Source: an uncultured virus (IMG/VR IMGVR_UViG_3300025327_000001) (lineage: Duplodnaviria; Heunggongvirae; Uroviricota; Caudoviricetes). From it: a DNA stretch of 32,936 nucleotides. The stretch is taken from IMG/VR virus record IMGVR_UViG_3300025327_000001. One strand, given 5' to 3'. The notes under the pieces are model-generated. The model was not told where the DNA came from and made no database searches. It was given only the letters and a program-made list of their open reading frames with translations. Positions 8,877 through 17,353 of this stretch are shown one piece after another. A program made the translations under genes and the position numbers. Positions within the stretch are counted from its first letter, which is position 1. Every line of letters begins with the position of its first letter.

Positions 8877-9080
8877 TCATTCATGGTCGATTTCGTCCCA
8901 TTGAGGAGTCTCAGTGTTTTCTATAAGATGCTCTAGACGCTCCACAACATCGTCTAAGGAGGTTGTAACAGAAGGGATAGTAATCAAGAGCAACCAATCT
9001 TTAATCCACTTCCCGCTACGTCTTATTGCAACATGAGGCCGCAGGGGGTCTGGATATGATAGATGATAGAATTCGATTAT
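8877..9080 (-). CDS. Unannotated 67-codon ORF with ATA start (IIEFYHLSYPDPLRPHVAIRRSGKWIKDW...)
   Basis: GGAGG RBS 7 nt upstream; ATA overlaps the upstream TAA (ATAA); fills an otherwise empty gap. Confidence 0.5.
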   Translation of the reverse strand: MIEFYHLSYPDPLRPHVAIRRSGKWIKDWLLLITIPSVTTSLDDVVERLEHLIENTETPQWDEIDHE

Positions 9081-9745
9081 ACAGTTTCCTCCCCCTCTCT
9101 CTTTTTATCCACAACTCGTACTTCATTGATGATTCCCCCATTATGTATGTTGAAAGAGAATGTATAATCTAATTCTACTACACGGTCGAATAACATTCGT
9201 AACTTATCTGGTCGCTCAAATACAAAAGAAAATCCTTCCCATACTCTTTGGGAACCATCTACATTTTTGGCATATACAGACAATTGCTTAGATACCGTGC
9301 GTTTCAAAATTTCAAATGCTATTGTCTTAGGGCCATTGAACGAAAATCTCTTATTATCGATGTTTGTAAGAATGACAAAACTGACACGCTCACCCATCAT
9401 ATCTATCTTTTCTATTTTGCCAATGTATATACCTGGTATAAGGTCACGTATTCTATATCGTTGTACTACGAATGGATTATCAATAAGAGCAGGACATATG
9501 GGAACCGAGATATCATGTACAGTATCACTCATCGCAATAGGCATAGAACATGAACATATCTTCTTTTCTGCTGGATATACATATGGACATAATTCCGGTT
9601 CTTCAAAATTCTCCCATAAAATATCATCTCTGTCCTTTTCCTTTTTATGCGCCTGTTGTATATGTTTTCGCATGGCCTCTTCAGACCATTTTATTGAATG
9701 ACAACGAGAACATCTCCATTTTAAGATAGGAATTTTCTTGGTCAT
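9077..9745 (-). CDS. C2H2 Zn-finger-containing protein
   Basis: WRCSRC...MRKHIQQAH plus additional Cys residues. Confidence 0.7.
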   Translation of the reverse strand: MTKKIPILKWRCSRCHSIKWSEEAMRKHIQQAHKKEKDRDDILWENFEEPELCPYVYPAEKKICSCSMPIAMSDTVHDISVPICPALIDNPFVVQRYRIRDLIPGIYIGKIEKIDMMGERVSFVILTNIDNKRFSFNGPKTIAFEILKRTVSKQLSVYAKNVDGSQRVWEGFSFVFERPDKLRMLFDRVVELDYTFSFNIHNGGIINEVRVVDKKREGEETV

Positions 9746-9749
9746 TATA

Positions 9750-9790
9750 GTCCATTACTATACATTGGACCATATTTATATACCTTTGTA
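9750..9790 (-). promoter_or_regulatory. BRE/TATA promoter with downstream inverted repeat; probably a leaderless transcript
   Basis: AAAGG-TATATAAA (9775-9782) 29 nt before the ATG; no RBS; GTCCA-N11-TGGAC at 9750-9770. Confidence 0.55.
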
Positions 9791-9796
9791 TTTATT

Positions 9797-9994
9797 CTAA
9801 TAAACAACAAACCCTAAGAAACGTGCGAATTGGAGACAAGTATCACAATATTTGGCTATTTCTTTCGCTTCCTCGAAGGGACAAGAGCCATAATGATAAT
9901 GCGTTATTTGGTTTATTTTGTAATGTGTCAAGAAATTATAAGGGGATTCATCCTCGCTTGCCCCGCATATAAAACATATTCCATGAGGATTCAT
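9797..9994 (-). CDS. Small Zn-finger protein (family A)
   Basis: CFIC...H...CDTCLQF motif. Confidence 0.6.
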   Translation of the reverse strand: MNPHGICFICGASEDESPYNFLTHYKINQITHYHYGSCPFEEAKEIAKYCDTCLQFARFLGFVVY

Positions 9995-10293
9995 TTAAAC
10001 AACCACTTATAAAAATTATGACATTCTTCACATATGGCCATAACATTATATTTATATCCTATATTTTTTAAAAGCCAGCAACTAATTTCTATGTAATACT
10101 TATTCTTATCGTAAGAAATTATACTATCGCGCTCTCTGTATACTGAAGATATTTTTTCTAATGGGTGGATATGATAATTATAATTAAGATAATGTCCTAC
10201 GATAAGATATTCGGCGGGATTTTCCTTACAATGATGACATACTTCATATTTCTCTCTTTTCAATCTCACCATACTCATCCTCACAAACAACAC
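9991..10293 (-). CDS. Small Zn-finger protein (family A)
   Basis: CHHC...CEECHNF motif. Confidence 0.6.
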   Translation of the reverse strand: MLFVRMSMVRLKREKYEVCHHCKENPAEYLIVGHYLNYNYHIHPLEKISSVYRERDSIISYDKNKYYIEISCWLLKNIGYKYNVMAICEECHNFYKWLFK

Positions 10294-10591
10294 GACGAAT
10301 GCCAGCCATCCTTAATGCATAAAAACAGAACATACAAGGACGGGATAAACCACCCTTCATCCTAAATATATAAGCAGTAGAACCCTTTGCATTCCCATTG
10401 GCCCTATTCAGAGCGTCTATCTCACTATGGACCGTTCGTTCTTTGACAGCCAAACGGTTCTTTTCCTTATTCCAACCGACACTAATAGCCCGCCCCTTCT
10501 TTACAATGATACACCCTGTCCTCCTGCCCTTCTTGGGGTAGTCAGATAAAGAAGCAATGGACTGAGCCAATGATATCCAATCACGGGTCAT
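10244..10591 (-). CDS. Zn-dependent cytidine/deoxycytidylate deaminase-fold protein
   Basis: G.N, HSE and PCMFC motifs, followed by GIRRVV. Confidence 0.88.
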   Translation of the reverse strand: MTRDWISLAQSIASLSDYPKKGRRTGCIIVKKGRAISVGWNKEKNRLAVKERTVHSEIDALNRANGNAKGSTAYIFRMKGGLSRPCMFCFYALRMAGIRRVVCEDEYGEIEKREI

Positions 10592-10648
10592 TCATATAAC
10601 CATCCATATATCCGTATATTCATCCCTGATAAGATGATTTTTTCATGA

Positions 10649-10819
10649 TTATTCCATACCATAATATTCAATACTATCCTCAACTTCTTCCCTTACTTGG
10701 TCAATATTCTTAAACATGGTTGTATTGAAACTTAATGTCATCAAGATATCTCTTTTCTCCATCGTCTCAGGGTCGATGACTTCCACGATAATATGATAGT
10801 CCTTATACTTTGTACTCAT
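10649..10819 (-). CDS. Small acidic hypothetical protein (MSTKYKDYHIIVEVIDPET..., 56 aa)
   Basis: Below the ORF-track cutoff; GGTG RBS; fills the gap. Confidence 0.55.
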   Translation of the reverse strand: MSTKYKDYHIIVEVIDPETMEKRDILMTLSFNTTMFKNIDQVREEVEDSIEYYGME

Positions 10820-11096
10820 TTATTATACACCGTCCTGTAAACAACAATTCAAAAAATATTATCCTTATACACTCTTCACATAAGAAAGTCAATTGATGGT
10901 CAGGAGTAGCCATACAAGCACGGTTATACATATTCACTGATTTCAAAAATTCCCCAAACACAGATGCAATCAAATAATTACTAAATTGATATTTAATGTC
11001 ATTCATATGAATTATCACATTTGTTATAGAATTACACTGAAAACATAATCCATTTCCTTCGGGATAAGCAGATATAAACGTTTTCATTTTAATCAC
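10803..11096 (-). CDS. Small Zn-finger protein (family A)
   Basis: CFQC...H...LCEECIRIIFF motif. Confidence 0.6.
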   Translation of the reverse strand: MIKMKTFISAYPEGNGLCFQCNSITNVIIHMNDIKYQFSNYLIASVFGEFLKSVNMYNRACMATPDHQLTFLCEECIRIIFFELLFTGRCIINEYKV

Positions 11097-11226
11097 AATG
11101 ATATGATGTACAGAAACTTGATACTGGTTTCTTATGTTGATGCCAGTGTGTCCATTTAATTACCTTGCCGCCAGTACGTTCTATATTCTTTATTGCCGTG
11201 GCACATTCAATACAAACAATATCCAT
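11089..11226 (-). CDS. Small Cys/His-rich protein (MDIVCIEC..., 45 aa)
   Basis: TGATG overlap; fills the gap; not in the ORF track. Confidence 0.55.
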   Translation of the reverse strand: MDIVCIECATAIKNIERTGGKVIKWTHWHQHKKPVSSFCTSYHCD

Positions 11227-11531
11227 CAAATCATCTCAATGAATATATAATTGTATAAATCAGCCATTCGTACAACTGTCCGTAAACATTTCTTGCACCA
11301 ATGCGCCTTCGTTTCATCAAACATTTTACGATTGAATTCGTTTAAACTCCTGTTACGAGAATAAGCAGATATACGCGAGATATAATTATGAGAACCACAT
11401 AATGTTCCACTTTTACTATTGTTTACAAATTTATTATCTATTAATTCGTCATATGTTCTTTCTCGCAGAGAAAAAGAGATATGATACACTGGGGTTATAG
11501 TAGACGTTGCGATATAAATCATAAATTTCAT
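11226..11531 (-). CDS. Zn-binding hypothetical protein (family D)
   Basis: YHI...TLCGSH...WCKKCL motif; GGTGA RBS. Confidence 0.6.
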   Translation of the reverse strand: MKFMIYIATSTITPVYHISFSLRERTYDELIDNKFVNNSKSGTLCGSHNYISRISAYSRNRSLNEFNRKMFDETKAHWCKKCLRTVVRMADLYNYIFIEMI

Positions 11532-11537
11532 TTCATG

Positions 11538-11798
11538 TCACCCGTCACCTGTTATCAATTTAACACCATCTGCACCCAAAAAATGAATATAAAAACATAC
11601 TATCTGAAAACATTCATCACATAAACTAATTAAATGACTCTTTTGATGGGTACAAAATCTTTTTTCTACTACACAACGTCTTTGTAATTCATCGATACTT
11701 ATTCTTACAATGTTTTGAGGAATCCAATTCTTTATGTCAGAAATATGGTACAAATTACTTTCCTTATTATTGCAATGTTTGCAAATAGGAGGAGACAT
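11538..11798 (-). CDS. Small Zn-finger protein (family A)
   Basis: CKHC...H...LCDECFQIVCF motif. Confidence 0.6.
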   Translation of the reverse strand: MSPPICKHCNNKESNLYHISDIKNWIPQNIVRISIDELQRRCVVEKRFCTHQKSHLISLCDECFQIVCFYIHFLGADGVKLITGDG

Positions 11799-12694
11799 TA
11801 TTTAAAACTCCTCTTCAATAACCATTCCTTGTAAAATTCAGGAGCCCCACCGATAACAGCACGTTCCATCTTAGGCCAGAAATAATCAAATAATTCTTGC
11901 ATGATGGCTTCTTTCTCTTCCTTCAATATATCTTCTTTGATTTCTTTCAGGAGATTTCCAATATCCTTGGGGTCGTATTCTAATTCTCCACGTTCTTCTA
12001 AATGCTGTATGGCTTTTTTCCATCGTGCTTCTGTCCTATATGATAAGATAAGTTTTTGTAGGATATCCCCTTGTGTTGGATTCTTCTCGCGCCAATCCTT
12101 CTGTTGGACTTCTTTGAATCGTTCACTTACGAATTTCCCTATCGCTACCTTCTTCTCACTGGTAATCATAGTATAATTCTTGACCACCACGCCTTCTAAT
12201 TTGGTCCCCTCTAATACAGATTCCTGCTCCAAGAATGAAAGCAATTCATTGGGAGTATCTATCTTACCAATAAAGAGGATAGGGACACATTCCAAACCAA
12301 TACGGTCTGCCTCATTATATTTCTGGTCCGGTGTCATGTATTGTTCTAAACCCGTGGATATATCAAATATGATTAAATGGTCCCTTGGAACCCTACTATA
12401 TTTCAATGTCCCATGTTCAGGAGTTTTCAGATATTCAGCACGATAGATATAACCCGGTTTGAACAAACCCTGTGCATATTTCTGTTTAATGACATTCACG
12501 GCTTCTTGAAACATTTTGTCCGGGGCATCTAATATTATTTGTTTCCCCTTGGACCGTGCTTGTAATTCGTTATCTGTGACAGACCAACTGAATTGCGATC
12601 CATCAATTTTTTCTTCTATTACAACATCACTCTTGAAAATATCCAATACCTGCTTATGACCCAATGCGAACACAGATGGGTAACTATATATCAT
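11798..12694 (-). CDS. ATP-dependent RNA ligase, Rnl2-like
   Basis: Motif I EEKIDGS, AEY, FDI, motif IV EGVVVK, motif V KFVSERFKE, and a C-terminal helical domain with DILKEE. Confidence 0.82.
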   Translation of the reverse strand: MIYSYPSVFALGHKQVLDIFKSDVVIEEKIDGSQFSWSVTDNELQARSKGKQIILDAPDKMFQEAVNVIKQKYAQGLFKPGYIYRAEYLKTPEHGTLKYSRVPRDHLIIFDISTGLEQYMTPDQKYNEADRIGLECVPILFIGKIDTPNELLSFLEQESVLEGTKLEGVVVKNYTMITSEKKVAIGKFVSERFKEVQQKDWREKNPTQGDILQKLILSYRTEARWKKAIQHLEERGELEYDPKDIGNLLKEIKEDILKEEKEAIMQELFDYFWPKMERAVIGGAPEFYKEWLLKRSFK

Positions 12695-12903
12695 GGCAAT
12701 CCCCCTTCTTCAAATTCCCGAATACGCCAAGCATCAATCTGTCCATAATCTTTTTTCATTTGTTTTTTATACAATCCACATTTTATACATTTAACATAGA
12801 TAATATCTCTAATACCTGTCTTAAACCCATATTGAGTAGATTTCAACTTTATTTCTATATTTTGCTCAGTTTTATATTGAGTCCATTTATGAAATAGACA
12901 CAT
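12691..12903 (-). CDS. Small Zn-binding protein
   Basis: CLFHKW...CIKCG motif. Confidence 0.6.
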   Translation of the reverse strand: MCLFHKWTQYKTEQNIEIKLKSTQYGFKTGIRDIIYVKCIKCGLYKKQMKKDYGQIDAWRIREFEEGGLP

Positions 12904-13224
12904 TTAGACACCTTCATTAATTAGATATGTTCTTCCGATATGTTTTTTTATTTCTTCAATACTTTGAGCAGGATTAGTTCCGCTTTCTCTGGAATAAAAT
13001 AAAAGCACATAAAATAATATTTTTTGTAAATCTTCCTCATTTTCTATCTTTACTGTGTTATCATTTTTATCGTCTCTGAGTTGTGAATGTAGTTTATATC
13101 CTTGATTATGTTTGTCTCCATTACAATAATAACAATAATATGGTCCAGAATCATAATCTTTTGAATCTTCTATATCCTCGGCCCTTAGATGAAACCAAAT
13201 AGGAAATTTAATTTTGGTATTCAC
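12904..13224 (-). CDS. Zn-binding protein (family C)
   Basis: FH...YCYYCN...H...EDLQKILF; tandem paralogue of 13221-13556. Confidence 0.6.
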   Translation of the reverse strand: MNTKIKFPIWFHLRAEDIEDSKDYDSGPYYCYYCNGDKHNQGYKLHSQLRDDKNDNTVKIENEEDLQKILFYVLLFYSRESGTNPAQSIEEIKKHIGRTYLINEGV

Positions 13225-13556
13225 TTAAAAACCTCTGATAATATATATTCAGTACTCTGACAATGTGCCACTCGTTCATGCATTGATTTATAATCATTGA
13301 TAATGAACATCTGAAATAGAATATTCATAAGGTCTTCATATATAGTAATTTTATATGTTTTAATTATATCAGATGGGTGTGAAAGATGTTCTTTATAAAA
13401 TTTCATTGGCTGTCCCTTATCATTGGTAAATATATCTCCATAATTACATATATAACAATAAAATATCCTAGGACTACCACCATTATATGTTATACCATCC
13501 TTCATGACCTCATGAAAGACAACTACCCTGTTTAGTTCATTGACCATGATAACCAT
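13221..13556 (-). CDS. Zn-binding protein (family C)
   Basis: FH...YCYICN...H...EDLMNILF motif. Confidence 0.6.
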   Translation of the reverse strand: MVIMVNELNRVVVFHEVMKDGITYNGGSPRIFYCYICNYGDIFTNDKGQPMKFYKEHLSHPSDIIKTYKITIYEDLMNILFQMFIINDYKSMHERVAHCQSTEYILSEVFK

Positions 13557-13995
13557 TTATCCTTTTTCTGTACGATGAATTCACAAAAGACTCTAATTTC
13601 TTCCCTGCTTTGTTATCTTTCCGGCCAACCCATGATAATGTATAATCAATATGTGCTAAAAGAGCAAGTGCTGTTTTCCTGCGTTCTCTCAATGCAGGAC
13701 TATTTGTTTTATAAGTGCCCTTTATCTGATTAACAATGGTCTGTGAATCCCCGATAATTTCATATTCCTTATCATTGAAATAAAGTTGGTGTTGTACATA
13801 TTCCAGTGCCTTAATCAAGGCATCATATTCTGCCTGATTGGAAGAATGAGCCTCAGAGAGAAATATATGCTCTTGTTCTAAGTTATTTTCTTCAATGATA
13901 TAACATCCATATGTCTTGCGTTTTTCTATATCCTTTATATGATTGTTTATACAAGCACCATCGAACCATATCTTCACTTTCTTTTCCTTATCCAT
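13537..13995 (-). CDS. rnhA: Ribonuclease HI, archaeal-type
   Basis: FDGAC, SNQAEYDAL, GDSQ..VNQI.G.Y, WV.R..N motifs. Confidence 0.88.
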   Translation of the reverse strand: MDKEKKVKIWFDGACINNHIKDIEKRKTYGCYIIEENNLEQEHIFLSEAHSSNQAEYDALIKALEYVQHQLYFNDKEYEIIGDSQTIVNQIKGTYKTNSPALRERRKTALALLAHIDYTLSWVGRKDNKAGKKLESFVNSSYRKRINGYHGQ

Positions 13996-14213
13996 ATTAC
14001 ATTACCATCCAACCATATTTTCTGAATTTTATATAATGGTATTCTACCTCTATCTGTCGTAAAGTAACGACGTTCAACATCTCTGATAGTATTACCTTCT
14101 ATATTCTTAAAGCCGATGATTAATGTTCTATCAGAACAATCTATTTTCACTCTGGCAAAATCTATGTTCAATCCCCATTTCAGGAAATTGAGGACTTCCC
14201 GAGCAGTTTTCAT
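13974..14213 (-). CDS. DUF504 / MJ1316-like RNA-binding domain protein
   Basis: REVLN.LKW N-terminus and IP...I..I..DG.VIW.R C-terminus; typical length. Confidence 0.75.
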   Translation of the reverse strand: MKTAREVLNFLKWGLNIDFARVKIDCSDRTLIIGFKNIEGNTIRDVERRYFTTDRGRIPLYKIQKIWLDGNVIWIRKRK

Positions 14214-14584
14214 AAAACCACCTTTAAATCTTGAATAATATCTTCTATTGCTTCCATTTTAGTATCTGATAATTGCAGACAGATATTATAAGGATATGGA
14301 TAGTGCATAAATCTATGTTTTAAACATGTATTACATAATTTACATTGGTGATATAATTTAGTAAAATTATCTGCTCGATAATACGCATCCTCGTCATTAC
14401 TAAATTGATAGTCATTATTTGTATGTAAAACACCTACTTTTATATAAGAATATGCTGTATGTTTCTTGCAATCATCACAAACGAATTTATTATTAATAGA
14501 GCCGAGCCATATTTCTTTATATTTATTGTCATCTCCATAATCAATAGAAGTCTTATTATACAATACACCCTTATATTTAAACAT
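14210..14584 (-). CDS. Zn-finger protein; tandem paralogue of 14594-14971
   Basis: MFKYKGVLYN, WL.S.N.K.VCDDC, LCNTCL motifs. Confidence 0.65.
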   Translation of the reverse strand: MFKYKGVLYNKTSIDYGDDNKYKEIWLGSINNKFVCDDCKKHTAYSYIKVGVLHTNNDYQFSNDEDAYYRADNFTKLYHQCKLCNTCLKHRFMHYPYPYNICLQLSDTKMEAIEDIIQDLKVVL

Positions 14585-14593
14585 CGAAACACC

Positions 14594-14971
14594 TTAGAAT
14601 GTCAATTTTATCATATTCATTAAATCTATTATATTGGTGATGCCATCTATTGATAATGGTATTTCATACGTAATATTATATAATTTAAAGTCTTCATCAT
14701 CAAAAGCAAAACATAGACAATCTTTACATATGGAATATGTTTTAGGCGCTCTATTGTTTACCATCCAAAGTAAATTATTATCCTTTCTTACTTTTTTTAC
14801 TAAGAAGTGATAGGTATGTGAATTTTTGGATTTACATTCTCCACATACATAGTTTTTATTCTTTGAACGTAACCAGAATTGTGTACTTTCTTCATATTCA
14901 TCTATATAATTATCATCGGTCTTTTTATCCATAATCAATGTATTGTATAATATGTTATTATATTTCAACAT
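14594..14971 (-). CDS. Zn-finger protein; tandem paralogue of 14210-14584
   Basis: MLKYNNILYN, WLRSKNKNYVCGEC, ICKDCL motifs. Confidence 0.65.
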   Translation of the reverse strand: MLKYNNILYNTLIMDKKTDDNYIDEYEESTQFWLRSKNKNYVCGECKSKNSHTYHFLVKKVRKDNNLLWMVNNRAPKTYSICKDCLCFAFDDEDFKLYNITYEIPLSIDGITNIIDLMNMIKLTF

Positions 14972-14973
14972 GA

Positions 14974-15162
14974 TTAAAACTCCTCTCGAAATTCTGTATC
15001 ATCCACTGTGAATTCCGCTCCTACGATACAAGATTCAGAACATAGATGTGCCCATTTACCTTTTATCATTTTAGCAAATTGCACGGTGTTTTCATGACAG
15101 ACAGGACATAATTCACCTTTATCTACGAAACAACCACATTCTAATAACAACTCTTCTGTCAT
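14974..15162 (-). CDS. Small Cys-rich (TRASH-like) protein
   Basis: CPVC...LCSESC motif. Confidence 0.6.
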   Translation of the reverse strand: MTEELLLECGCFVDKGELCPVCHENTVQFAKMIKGKWAHLCSESCIVGAEFTVDDTEFREEF

Positions 15163-15476
15163 GATTTGTCTCCTCTAAAGATAGTATCACGCAGAACAAT
15201 TAAATCATCCAATTCGCCTTTGCTTTCTATAACCATTAACGCAGAGAGACAAGAATAATCATCACATAAAAACAAACTATTGTTCATCATCTTATCAATT
15301 TCTTCTCTTGTTAATATGTCTTGGTTTTTAGGATAAATCTGGCAATTAGAAACATGATATAGATGCCAATGCGTCTTATAATTTATTTTATCAATCCTCG
15401 GCTCCCGTTTAATCTTATGATACTGTGCACCGTTCTTCTGACAGAAGGAACATAGGATATTATCTATGTAGACCAT
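15159..15476 (-). CDS. Zn-finger protein (family A); paralogue of 15477-15776
   Basis: CSFC....YH...WH...FLCDDYSCLS motif. Confidence 0.65.
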   Translation of the reverse strand: MVYIDNILCSFCQKNGAQYHKIKREPRIDKINYKTHWHLYHVSNCQIYPKNQDILTREEIDKMMNNSLFLCDDYSCLSALMVIESKGELDDLIVLRDTIFRGDKS

Positions 15477-15776
15477 TTATAACATCTCCTTCAATCTCAA
15501 ACTATATTGTGGTTCATCTAATATCAACACAGAGGAAAGACATACTTCATTATTGCATACAAAAATAGATATATCTTCTATTTTATTTTTTTTTAATAAT
15601 AACTCTACTGTTTCTTCGTTATTATCATTATTCTTCCATGTACGATTATTAAAAATACAAAATTTAAAATCATGCCACAATAAAGTATAATGTATAGAGT
15701 CGTTCCAGCGCCTAGTAAATCTATGATAGGATGGTTTATTTATACCACATACCATACACTTTATATCTATCATCAA
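15477..15776 (-). CDS. Zn-finger protein (family A); paralogue of 15159-15476
   Basis: CMVC....YH...WH...FVCNNEVCLS motif. Confidence 0.65.
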   Translation of the reverse strand: MMIDIKCMVCGINKPSYHRFTRRWNDSIHYTLLWHDFKFCIFNNRTWKNNDNNEETVELLLKKNKIEDISIFVCNNEVCLSSVLILDEPQYSLRLKEML

Positions 15777-15779
15777 ACA

Positions 15780-16583
15780 TCAAACACCGTCTGTTATTCT
15801 CTCTACAAACGAGATATCGAAGACATTCTCATGTAATACGTCAAACTGATGTATTTTCGTTGTAAGGTCTGTCTTGGCATTAGACCATATTCGGTTACAT
15901 AATAAAGCATATGTATGATAAAGAGACAAAGAATCTGTAGAAATATTATCAAATAGTTTATCAGGTAGATTCTTCTTCAATATCTCCTCATGTTTCTTAT
16001 TATATATCACTTTGGTTAATACGCTCAAACTTGGAATCAGATTATAATCAGCGCCAAGTAGAGTTTGGGCCACTATTACCAATTTATCTACAGAAGTCTC
16101 CAAGGATTTCATATGCTTAGATACATAGAGGGACAAATCCTTGTAATAACGTTGGGGTAGAACGACATAAATCCCTCCAATGGTCATAAATGTCCTCATT
16201 CCGAACTTAAGGGAACCATCTATGGAATTATACATTGTAAGACCATGACTGACTTTATCACCACCGACTTCTCCAACATCATCATTCATTTTAACCATGA
16301 CATACATTTGAGTATCATTGTCCTTGGAATAAAAGGTGTCTAATATCGTGCCACCTATCTTATCACTTAGACGTTCAATGACCTCATGGGCTTTTTCATT
16401 GGGAAATAATTTGTACCGGGTGCTTTGGACAGTAACTAATTTTCCATGCTTAAAAATGCCCATGTAGCGCGTGTCAGAGCCATTGTAGTTGAGAGTCCCT
16501 TCTTCATAACCCAAAGATTCCCACGGGGAGAATCGTCGTATGAATGTTGCTGTTCCAATATCATCGGTCATTCTATCTTCCAC
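15780..16583 (-). CDS. DUF932-like phage/plasmid protein
   Basis: S.RY...PNE, NSIDGS..F and KH motifs. Confidence 0.65.
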   Translation of the reverse strand: MEDRMTDDIGTATFIRRFSPWESLGYEEGTLNYNGSDTRYMGIFKHGKLVTVQSTRYKLFPNEKAHEVIERLSDKIGGTILDTFYSKDNDTQMYVMVKMNDDVGEVGGDKVSHGLTMYNSIDGSLKFGMRTFMTIGGIYVVLPQRYYKDLSLYVSKHMKSLETSVDKLVIVAQTLLGADYNLIPSLSVLTKVIYNKKHEEILKKNLPDKLFDNISTDSLSLYHTYALLCNRIWSNAKTDLTTKIHQFDVLHENVFDISFVERITDGV

Positions 16584-16804
16584 TCCTTTATTCCTTGTTT
16601 ACTAAAAACCCTAGTTATAGTATCAATATAGGATTGGATTTCTTCATCGGCTCTTTTCGTTACTAGTGCATCTTGCATTTTATTGAGGGCTTCAACCTGC
16701 CAATCCTCGGGACTATCTTCTGGATCGAGATATTCTAAACCTAATCTTATTACTTCGGCTACAAAATCTGCTTGCTCATCCGTCAATTCTAACTTGATTT
16801 CCAT
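16568..16804 (-). CDS. Acidic hypothetical protein (likely start MEIKLEL)
   Basis: GGAG RBS; lies downstream of an AT-rich terminator/promoter gap. Confidence 0.6.
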   Translation of the reverse strand: MEIKLELTDEQADFVAEVIRLGLEYLDPEDSPEDWQVEALNKMQDALVTKRADEEIQSYIDTITRVFSKQGIKEWKIE

Positions 16805-16854
16805 ATTATATCTCCAATGTACATAATGATACATCAATTAGTATTGATTAATAT

Positions 16855-16880
16855 AATAATCTATAAAAAAATAAAAAGAG
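16855..16880 (-). terminator. Oligo-T archaeal-type terminator
   Basis: TCTTTTTATTTTTTT immediately after the stop of 16889-17338. Confidence 0.45.
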
Positions 16881-16888
16881 GAAGTCCA

Positions 16889-17338
16889 TTACTGGATTTC
16901 CTCAATCTCGGACAATTCCAGCATATTTGGCCAGAATGACCTTACAGCGATTGTCTGCATACCGACCTTGACGAGATATGTTGTCTCGGTATTCAAATAC
17001 TCAAGGTTCAGGGAAACAGCCAACGACTTCTGTTTTTCCGTTTCTTGATACTCCGCCCGAAACGAGGATAGCAGGTCCATTGCCGGAATTGGCGTATTCT
17101 GGACAATCGCCTGATTCGAGATATTCCTCGTTTCAGGTGTCGTCTTAGATGTCAAGTCGGAAAAGACCTGTTCCGTTGTTTTCGGTGCTTTCACACGAAC
17201 CCCAGTGTGATTGTGCCGATGGCCACCCAAAGCGAAACGAGCATTCTTCGTTGTTTTATATTTCGCTTCCGATGTCCAGCCGCATTCACACTTCGCCGCA
17301 TATTTCTTTACTTCTGGTGCGTATATCACGTTTCTCAT
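16889..17338 (-). CDS. C2H2 Zn-finger protein, possible transcription regulator
   Basis: KCECGW...LGGHRHNH motif; AGGAAGGA RBS. Confidence 0.7.
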   Translation of the reverse strand: MRNVIYAPEVKKYAAKCECGWTSEAKYKTTKNARFALGGHRHNHTGVRVKAPKTTEQVFSDLTSKTTPETRNISNQAIVQNTPIPAMDLLSSFRAEYQETEKQKSLAVSLNLEYLNTETTYLVKVGMQTIAVRSFWPNMLELSEIEEIQ

Positions 17339-17353
17339 GTCGTTCCTTCCTTT

